Positions 56,963-64,000 of a stretch of DNA of 64,000 bases are shown one piece after another (the first letter of the stretch is position 1; every line of letters begins with the position of its first letter). The stretch lies in the IMG/VR virus record IMGVR_UViG_3300044701_003563. The stretch is one strand, 5' to 3'. The DNA is from a virus. The notes beneath the pieces were generated by a model. That model saw nothing but the letters and a program-made list of their open reading frames with translations. It had not been told where the DNA came from and did no database searches. The position numbers and the translations under genes are program-made.

Positions 56963-57775
56963 CTACTTACATAAACATCTAAGTTTAGAAAAAAACAAAT
57001 TTAAATCATCAGTAATAAATTTGTCATCTTTTTTATCCATCATATGATAAAAAAAAGATCCCTCAGAATTTCCATAATAATTGATTATGGAAGAAACGGA
57101 CATTGCCATTGCTATATTTCCACCAGTAGACAAACCTATTACATGCTTTGCTCTATTCATTATATTACAATCTTTAATAAAATTATTATAATTTGGAGAT
57201 GATGTTCCAATTTCATCAACTGTCAAATCTGTATAATTTTCTAAATTGTTTACCAAATCATCATAAATTGAATATATAAATTTCGATCCACCCAAAAGAC
57301 AATATTCTGGATTATCTCCAACAACTTTTTCCCCCAACAATAAAATCTTATGTTTTTTTGAAATATCATTAAGTATAGTCAAATATTCGTCTTTAAATGA
57401 TTCATAAGTATGGCTCCATATTCCTCTAATTTTTGTCAAAACTACTATATAATTTTCTTCTTCTTTTTTTTCTATGAAATATTTTTCCAAATATGGAATT
57501 TGAGGTCTTACATTATATTGTGAACTAAAACTTATTCCAGATGTTCCCTCTGCATCTAAATCATCAACTAAATTATATGGACTCTCCGAAAATAATAAAG
57601 AAAATAATTTAGTTACAAAATCATAGTATGAATCATAATCACACTTAAATTGTTTGATTACTTCAGTAGAAAATGTTATATTTATTTTTTCATATTTATT
57701 TTTGACCGTATCCAAAAGTTGCTTAAGATGAATTATGTCACCTATACCTACGTGAGTTTTTATATTTAATTCCAT
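56963..57775 (-). CDS. Hypothetical protein, possibly GT-B-like
   Basis: N-terminal GIGD motif; context. Confidence 0.5.
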   Translation of the reverse strand: MELNIKTHVGIGDIIHLKQLLDTVKNKYEKINITFSTEVIKQFKCDYDSYYDFVTKLFSLLFSESPYNLVDDLDAEGTSGISFSSQYNVRPQIPYLEKYFIEKKEEENYIVVLTKIRGIWSHTYESFKDEYLTILNDISKKHKILLLGEKVVGDNPEYCLLGGSKFIYSIYDDLVNNLENYTDLTVDEIGTSSPNYNNFIKDCNIMNRAKHVIGLSTGGNIAMAMSVSSIINYYGNSEGSFFYHMMDKKDDKFITDDLNLFFSKLRCLCK

Positions 57776-57778
57776 ATT

Positions 57779-58174
57779 TTATTTAAATAAACAATAAAAA
57801 ATTTTTTCACTATTAGAATAAATTTTAAATCCATTATTTAAATAAAGATTTATTGCTTTATAATTATCTTTATCTACAGTAAGATATAATGAATTTTCAT
57901 TTCTATTATCTAAAAGATTTTTAAGTATTATCTTCCCATACCCATTTCCAACAAATGAATCAAATACGCACATTCCCAACCAAATTTTATTAAATTCATA
58001 ATCCAAATGCCCATAACCAACAGGTTGAGGATCACATAGTATAAAATGATATAGATGATTCTTGAAACAACTTGCTTCTCTAGAAGAAAAATATCTAAAA
58101 GTTTTTTTCAACTTGCTATTTTGTTCAACTAAAGTTTTTATTTCATTGAATGAAAATTCTGTATTAAAATTCAT
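57779..58174 (-). CDS. GNAT N-acetyltransferase
   Basis: G.GYGK acetyl-CoA loop; N.KAI.LY...GF. Confidence 0.85.
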   Translation of the reverse strand: MNFNTEFSFNEIKTLVEQNSKLKKTFRYFSSREASCFKNHLYHFILCDPQPVGYGHLDYEFNKIWLGMCVFDSFVGNGYGKIILKNLLDNRNENSLYLTVDKDNYKAINLYLNNGFKIYSNSEKIFYCLFK

Positions 58175-59252
58175 AGTTCAAAATATTACTACAAATATAA
58201 TCTAATTGCTCTTCAGTTAGATCGGGATAACTAGGAATATTAAATCCTCTTCCACTAATGTTTTCTGCTATCCTGTGAGACTGATATTTATGAGAATACA
58301 TCGGCATTGTATGAACTGGATAAAATAAAGGTCTAGTATCTATGCCCCTTTCACGCAAATATTCTCTAAATTTATCTCTTTGTTCTTGATTGCATTCAAA
58401 AATAACACTATTCATCCAATAACTGTGAACAGTACCTGACTGTTCTTTATGCGTTTGAACATGAGTTCCATCAAATGCGTTATGATAGTATTCTGCTATT
58501 TTTCTTTTTTTTCCAATTAATTCATCGGACCTTTCTAATTGAGCTTGTCCAATTGCACAAGCAATATTGGTCATTCGATAATTATATCCAACAACATCAT
58601 GCCAATATTGACGATGTTCTGCAAGTCCTTGTCCCTTCAAATGGATTGATCTTCTATAAAGTGTTTCATTATTTGTAACGACCATTCCTCCTTCTCCCGC
58701 TGTTATAGTTTTATTTCCGAAAAAACTATAAGTAGAAATATCTCCAAAAGATCCTACATGTTTTCCTTTATAGTAAGTTCCAAATGCTTCTGCACAGTCT
58801 TCGACAAGAAACAATTCGTTTTCTTTTGCAATTTTACAAATATAATCCATATCACAAGATTGTCCATACAAATGAACGACCATAATTGCTTTTGTTCTTG
58901 AAGTTATTTTTTTTATAATGTCTTCTGGATCTACTTGCCAAGTTTTCTCCAAAGAATCCACAAATATTGGAGTCGCACCACAATAAACAATTGAATTTAC
59001 CGAAGCAATATAAGTAAATGTTGGGACAATAACTTCATCTCCAGGTCCAATACCCAATGCAAGTAATGCTAAATGCAAAGCTACTGTCCCATTACATGTA
59101 GAAACAGAATAATCTATATTTGTTTTTTTGGCAAAAGATTCTTCAAAAAGATCTACATATTTTCCCTTTGAAGAAATCCAAGAACTATCTAAACATTCGT
59201 TGACATATTTTTTTTCAAGATCAGTTACTGATGGTTGATATACTGGGATCAT
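58164..59252 (-). CDS. per: GDP-perosamine synthase-like aminotransferase
   Basis: MIPVYQP..., WISSKG, EDCAEA, SFFGNKTIT.GEGG (catalytic Lys), GYNYRMTN; adjacent to gmd and fcl. Confidence 0.85.
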   Translation of the reverse strand: MIPVYQPSVTDLEKKYVNECLDSSWISSKGKYVDLFEESFAKKTNIDYSVSTCNGTVALHLALLALGIGPGDEVIVPTFTYIASVNSIVYCGATPIFVDSLEKTWQVDPEDIIKKITSRTKAIMVVHLYGQSCDMDYICKIAKENELFLVEDCAEAFGTYYKGKHVGSFGDISTYSFFGNKTITAGEGGMVVTNNETLYRRSIHLKGQGLAEHRQYWHDVVGYNYRMTNIACAIGQAQLERSDELIGKKRKIAEYYHNAFDGTHVQTHKEQSGTVHSYWMNSVIFECNQEQRDKFREYLRERGIDTRPLFYPVHTMPMYSHKYQSHRIAENISGRGFNIPSYPDLTEEQLDYICSNILNYEF

Positions 59253-59253
59253 A

Positions 59254-60177
59254 TCATTTATTCTCCAAATACCATTCGTAAGTTTCTTTCAATCCCGTTT
59301 CAAAGTCAATAGAATGCTTCCATCCAAGCTCTTGAAGTTTATCCACGTTCAATAATTTTCTTGGAGTTCCATTAGGTTTATTTGTGTCCCAAGCAATGTC
59401 CCCCTCATATCCAACAACCTTGGCAATAGTTTTTGCCAATTCTTTAATAGTAATATCTGTACCTGTTCCCACATTAATAATCTCTGGACTATCGTAATTT
59501 TCCATAAGAAAAAGACAAGCATTCGCAAGATCATTTACATGCAAAAATTCTCTATATGGTGATCCATCTCCCCACACAATAGGAATTTCACCAGTTTCCT
59601 TTGCCTTATGAAACTTAGTAATAAATCCAGGAAGAACGTGAGAGGTCTCTGGATTAAAGTTATCATTAGGCCCATAAAGATTAGTAGGCATTAATGAAAT
59701 GGCATTAAATCCATATTGCTCAGCATATGCCTGACACATTTTAATTCCCGCAATCTTAGCAAGAGCATATCCATCATTTGTTGGTTCAAGAGGACCCGTC
59801 ATCAACTGATCTTCAGTGATTGGTTGATTTGCAAATTTGGGATAGATACAAGAAGAACCAAGAAATAAAAGTTTTTTAACACCAAAATTATAAGAACTTT
59901 GGATAATATTGGTTTGGATTTGAAGATTCTCAGTTAAAAAATCTGCCTTATAGTTTTTATTTGCCATAATGCCGCCAACTCTAGCAGCAGCAAGAAAAAC
60001 ATATTCAGGTTCTTCTGAACAAAAATATCTTTCAGTTTCATCTTGATCCGTGAAATCCACATCATCCCGAGTTCCTTTGATGATGTTTATGTATCCACCT
60101 TCTTCAAGAGATCTCACAATTGCTCTACCAACCATTCCATAGGCACCAGCAACTAAAATCTTACTGTCAAGTTTCAT
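59254..60177 (-). CDS. fcl: GDP-L-fucose synthase
   Basis: [41 protein letters not shown]; start reassigned to 60177. Confidence 0.93.
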   Translation of the reverse strand: MKLDSKILVAGAYGMVGRAIVRSLEEGGYINIIKGTRDDVDFTDQDETERYFCSEEPEYVFLAAARVGGIMANKNYKADFLTENLQIQTNIIQSSYNFGVKKLLFLGSSCIYPKFANQPITEDQLMTGPLEPTNDGYALAKIAGIKMCQAYAEQYGFNAISLMPTNLYGPNDNFNPETSHVLPGFITKFHKAKETGEIPIVWGDGSPYREFLHVNDLANACLFLMENYDSPEIINVGTGTDITIKELAKTIAKVVGYEGDIAWDTNKPNGTPRKLLNVDKLQELGWKHSIDFETGLKETYEWYLENK

Positions 60178-61171
60178 TAATACACATTTCCTCAACTAAT
60201 TGATCAAAAGAAATCTTAGGTTCCCAACCCAATTTCCGTTTTGCCTTAGTGGCATCACCTAATAAGGTCTCTACTTCAGCAGGTCGGAAGTATTTAGGAT
60301 CAACAATTACACGCACTAAACCAGTGATCTTATCAATTCCAACTTCAGTGCCTTCATCAGTGAACTCCCATTTAATTTTCATTCCGAAGTAAGGTGCTAC
60401 TCTTTCAACAAACTCACGAACTGAATACTGTTTTCCAGTAGCAATCACGAAGTCATCAGGTTCATCTTGTTGAAGCATTAACCACATTGCCTCAACATAA
60501 TCTTTTGCATGTCCCCAATCACGAAGAGCATTCAAATTGCCCAGTTTAAGCACCGTTTGCTTACCCTCAGACATTGCCTTGAAACCTCTGGTAATCTTAC
60601 GAGTAACAAATGTCTCACCACGGCGAGGAGATTCATGATTAAAAAGAATGCCCGTGCAAGCATACATTCCATATGCCTCACGATAGTTTTTGACAATCCA
60701 GTAACCATAGATCTTAGCAACACCATAAGGACTCCTGGGATAGAAAGGAGTTGTTTCTGTTTGAGGAATCTCCTGAACCTTACCATAAAGTTCTGACGTA
60801 GATGCCTGATAGATACGAACATCATTCTCCATTCCAAGAATACGAACTGCTTCAAGAATACGAAGAGTTCCAAGTGAATCAACTTGTCCAGTATATTCAG
60901 GTATTTCAAAAGATACCTTTACATGACTCTGAGCACCAAGATTATAAATCTCATTCGGTTTAACTTTCTGAATTACCCTTATAAGATTGGTAGAATCAGT
61001 AAGGTCGCCGTAATGGAGATGAATACGATTATAAATGTGGTCAATACGATGAGTGTTAATAAGGGATGCTCTTCGGATAATTCCATGAACCTCATAACCT
61101 TTTTCAAGTAGTAGTTCAGCGAGATACGATCCATCTTGTCCTGTGATTCCTGTAATTAATGCCTTTTTCAT
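60167..61171 (-). CDS. gmd: GDP-mannose 4,6-dehydratase
   Basis: [33 protein letters not shown]. Confidence 0.96.
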   Translation of the reverse strand: MKKALITGITGQDGSYLAELLLEKGYEVHGIIRRASLINTHRIDHIYNRIHLHYGDLTDSTNLIRVIQKVKPNEIYNLGAQSHVKVSFEIPEYTGQVDSLGTLRILEAVRILGMENDVRIYQASTSELYGKVQEIPQTETTPFYPRSPYGVAKIYGYWIVKNYREAYGMYACTGILFNHESPRRGETFVTRKITRGFKAMSEGKQTVLKLGNLNALRDWGHAKDYVEAMWLMLQQDEPDDFVIATGKQYSVREFVERVAPYFGMKIKWEFTDEGTEVGIDKITGLVRVIVDPKYFRPAEVETLLGDATKAKRKLGWEPKISFDQLVEEMCINET

Positions 61172-61989
61172 ACTTCACAAAATCCAAATTGCTGTCTTCC
61201 ACTTCTAGTAGCCCAAATTGGAAATTCTTTTCCATAAGTATTCCAAATTCTAGACTGACCTTCAAATTCGTAGCAGAACGGTATATTATTCAATTGCCAT
61301 ATATTTTCATAAGTATCATCACTGTAAAAAGAAAAATCATATTCTTCGGAATATTTTTTTACAAGCAAGGATAATATAGATTGATCATGTCTATTTTCTA
61401 CAAAAATATTATGATTTTTTAACACTGATGGACTATCATCTAAATATTTTCCGCCGTCTTCTATACAAATACCTTTCCAAGTATCAACAAAATCTCTAAT
61501 AAATTGATTATTTTTTAGGAAATATATTCCACCAATAATCTGAGATGTCATAAAGTGTTTATCATCATTACTTAGTATTCTACGATACGTATCCATTTTT
61601 GTCCATTTTATTTCTGGATGATCAATATGAAAAAACAATCCATTATTTTTTATTGTTTCTTCATAATATTCAAATAGTTTATCTTTTCCTTGCTTATTTA
61701 ATTCACATCCAGCATCAAGAAACAATAAAACCTCATTTTCTGGAATATTTTTTAAAGCCTTTGAGACAAAATGAGGTTTACATGCATAATAACCATAAAA
61801 TTTAGATGGTTGAGATAATCTTCTTTCCATCATTTTACTAGCATGATTAACCCAAAAATCATCAGTTAAATCATCTTCTCCAAATTCTTGAATACTTTTA
61901 AATACCGAAAAATTATTTGCTTGTTCTTTTAATCTTTGTTTTCCAAAAGAAAAACTATTGTCTCCAAAATAGGTTAAATGTAAATTCAT
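61168..61989 (-). CDS. Putative glycosyltransferase-like protein
   Basis: [27 protein letters not shown]. Confidence 0.55.
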   Translation of the reverse strand: MNLHLTYFGDNSFSFGKQRLKEQANNFSVFKSIQEFGEDDLTDDFWVNHASKMMERRLSQPSKFYGYYACKPHFVSKALKNIPENEVLLFLDAGCELNKQGKDKLFEYYEETIKNNGLFFHIDHPEIKWTKMDTYRRILSNDDKHFMTSQIIGGIYFLKNNQFIRDFVDTWKGICIEDGGKYLDDSPSVLKNHNIFVENRHDQSILSLLVKKYSEEYDFSFYSDDTYENIWQLNNIPFCYEFEGQSRIWNTYGKEFPIWATRSGRQQFGFCEV

Positions 61990-61991
61990 TT

Positions 61992-62204
61992 TTAAATATA
62001 TACCTTTTCCAGGTCTACAAATAAACAGTCGATTAAAATTTCATAATCATCCATTGGATCACCAGAAAAAACTACTCCCTCATTCTCATAAAATTTTCTG
62101 AGTTTTTTAAATAATTTTGGATTTTTAACATCCAAATAAAATTCGCCATTAACAGCAGCTTTAATTGTATTAATATCTTTTTTAAATTTTACAGTGACCG
62201 ACAT
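61992..62204 (-). CDS. Conserved cyanophage hypothetical protein
   Basis: LDVKNPKL.KK.R.FYE.EGVVF.GD..DDY; upstream TTTACA-17-TATAAT promoter. Confidence 0.7.
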   Translation of the reverse strand: MSVTVKFKKDINTIKAAVNGEFYLDVKNPKLFKKLRKFYENEGVVFSGDPMDDYEILIDCLFVDLEKVYI

Positions 62205-62260
62205 TTTAATCAAGTAGGAACGATGAAATTATAGGGCAATTTGTGAAAAATGTAAAGCAC

Positions 62261-62761
62261 TCACAGCAATTGAACAGTGACTTCTCCACCTTTTTTCCAT
62301 CCCACAGCATATTGTCCGTCATAATCATAAAAAACGGTCCAATAATTTTGGTTTAAAGTTCTTGCAGCTCCCAGTAAAGTAGTCCAAACATTACCATCCT
62401 GAACTATTCTATTATAAAATGGATCTGCAAACCACAAATCAAAGCTCTTTCCAGAAGTTGGATGCGATAATACTGTATTTGCAGATCTCCAAGACCAGTA
62501 TTTTGGATCCCCCGCCCCAGGAGGAGGAGAAATATATTCTTGAAATTCCCAGTAAGCAAGTCCGACAGTATTTCCTGCTGAAGGACTATTATTATTACCA
62601 GGAGTAAAAGATGATAATAAGGTCAAATCTGTAGTCCTACATTCAATAGTGAGGGCTGGGGTGCTACTCATAACAAGATTAGATCCAGTTCCAGAGGTAG
62701 TCACATCAACTATAAAATCTGGACCTTCGCCATTTTCAAAAGTAAATCTAAATACAGACAT
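62261..62761 (-). CDS. Hypothetical protein, possibly late/virion
   Basis: Trp/Thr/Gly-rich; AATAAATA late-like element upstream at about 62786-62793. Confidence 0.6.
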   Translation of the reverse strand: MSVFRFTFENGEGPDFIVDVTTSGTGSNLVMSSTPALTIECRTTDLTLLSSFTPGNNNSPSAGNTVGLAYWEFQEYISPPPGAGDPKYWSWRSANTVLSHPTSGKSFDLWFADPFYNRIVQDGNVWTTLLGAARTLNQNYWTVFYDYDGQYAVGWKKGGEVTVQLL

Positions 62762-62799
62762 TTTTTTTTCTATTTAATCTTTTTTTATTTATTAGTCAG

Positions 62800-63138
62800 T
62801 TAAATTGAATTCAAATATTCTTGAAGTTGTTTACAAAAATAATTTTTACACATGGATGGTCTCGTATCATAAATTGAGCACCTTTGATTTTTTTGATCAT
62901 ACATTGTGCAATACTTAGTTTCTGGATCTTTTAGAAAAAAATATTTCCCTTCCCGTTTTTCAAAAAATAATTCTATTCCATGTTTTCTTAGATTGGGTTT
63001 TCTTTTCCATATATTTTCCATCAATGTTTTAACTTCTTCCTCAGAAACCGAAACTTCATATTCTCTACAACAAGCACCATGATCAAATCTATCTTGAACT
63101 AGTTTGCAATTTTTACATATATTTAACCATTCATCCAT
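62800..63138 (-). CDS. YkgJ-family CxxC...CC metal-cluster protein
   Basis: CKNC..GACC; C..Y......CSIY..RP..C..Y.C. Confidence 0.8.
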   Translation of the reverse strand: MDEWLNICKNCKLVQDRFDHGACCREYEVSVSEEEVKTLMENIWKRKPNLRKHGIELFFEKREGKYFFLKDPETKYCTMYDQKNQRCSIYDTRPSMCKNYFCKQLQEYLNSI

Positions 63139-63796
63139 TATTAACCTCTTTTAATACTTTTGCCCAATCGTCATTAAATTTCTCAATACCAGCATCGGTT
63201 AGAGCATGTTCATACATACTCCAGAAATACTCAACTGGCATTGTAATGACATCTGCCCCTGCCAATACACAATCTTCAACATGTGCTAATGATCTGATTG
63301 ATGCCGCAAGAACTTTTGTTTTATATCCATAACCTTTGATTGCATGAACAATGTCATGAATTCTATGAATACCCGATACCCCAGCATCATCCAATCTTCC
63401 TACAAATGGGGAAATATACGTTGCTCCTGCTTTTGCACAAAGAATTGCCTGAGATACGGAGAATACTAGAGTTAAGTTTGTAGTAACTCCGACATCAGTT
63501 AAAAACTTACATGCCTTCAGTCCTTCTGGGGTGCAAGGCAATTTAATTGTGATATTAGGTTTAATTGTATAATATTTTTGTGCTTGCGAAAGCATTTCAT
63601 CGCAAGTATCAGCAACAACTTCAGCAGATATTGATTCTAAAGTTGGACATTTTTCAGCAATCTCTTCGATTACTTCTTTCAACTGTCTTCCACTCTTTAA
63701 AATTAAAGTTGGATTCGTGGTTACTCCATCTACAAGTCCAGTGGAGTATGCTTTTTCAATTAAACTAAAATCAGCTGTGTCTAAAAAGATTTTCAT
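63131..63796 (-). CDS. talC: Transaldolase (TalC-type)
   Basis: MKIFLDTAD, GVTTNPTL, IKLP.T.EG, YISPFVGR.DD, LAASIR; start reassigned with AGGAG RBS. Confidence 0.95.
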   Translation of the reverse strand: MKIFLDTADFSLIEKAYSTGLVDGVTTNPTLILKSGRQLKEVIEEIAEKCPTLESISAEVVADTCDEMLSQAQKYYTIKPNITIKLPCTPEGLKACKFLTDVGVTTNLTLVFSVSQAILCAKAGATYISPFVGRLDDAGVSGIHRIHDIVHAIKGYGYKTKVLAASIRSLAHVEDCVLAGADVITMPVEYFWSMYEHALTDAGIEKFNDDWAKVLKEVNNG

Positions 63797-63806
63797 TTGT
63801 TTTCTC

Positions 63807-64000
63807 CTATCTAACGTGATGACCACCGAACATAAATCTCATACCGTTTAAAATCTTGGCAGCGAAAGTGCCCAGATTGCGTGAATTAAATCTTTCATAA
63901 AGAGCAGTTGTGATGACAGGAGCGGGAACCCCCAGATCCACAGCAGCATTAACCGTCCACCTACCTTCACCACTGTCGGATACCCCTCCAGAGAAGTTAG
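63807..64000 (-). CDS. gnd: 6-phosphogluconate dehydrogenase, 3' end (partial)
   Basis: Manual translation: ...[28 protein letters not shown]....FA.K.L.GMR..FGGH. Confidence 0.92.
   Translation of the reverse strand, partial: NFSGGVSDSGEGRWTVNAAVDLGVPAPVITTALYERFNSRNLGTFAAKILNGMRFMFGGHHVR

Noticed and set aside
1-64000. tRNA, rRNA, IS elements, wcaG or manA RNA motifs
   Set aside because: None were recognised by eye and intergenic gaps are short; tRNAscan and Infernal would be needed to exclude them formally.

Overview
A 64 kb segment of a large, AT-rich T4-like cyanomyophage genome. The host is probably a Synechococcus/Cyanobium type, judged from D1 with a long C-terminal extension, a cyanobacterial porin and hli genes. 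Almost all genes lie on the minus strand. In order: (1) baseplate/tail module (gp5 region with cp12 inserted, a hub protein, two giant tape-measure-like proteins carrying seven putative peptidoglycan hydrolase domains between them, gp51, gp26, tail-tube-like protein, gp4, gp48, gp53); (2) core replication/transcription genes (gp32, gp59, gp33, exonuclease, phoH, thyX); (3) a compact putative nitrogen-sensing unit missed by the ORF track (NtcA-like box, sigma70 promoter, tandem or split glnA-type glutamine riboswitch with a 50-codon ORF nested inside, DUF4278-like protein, terminator), then speD, glutaredoxin and RimK; (4) psbD and psbA with a PhotoRC-II-like leader; (5) a late locus with lysozyme, C39-like peptidase, nuclease and a (DPE)n repeat protein; (6) peroxiredoxin, two hli genes and a porin; (7) an approximately 18 kb sugar-nucleotide/glycosyltransferase island with fucose, perosamine and colitose-type enzymes; (8) talC and the 3' end of gnd. 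All calls come from motif recognition by eye; no searches or folding programs were run.
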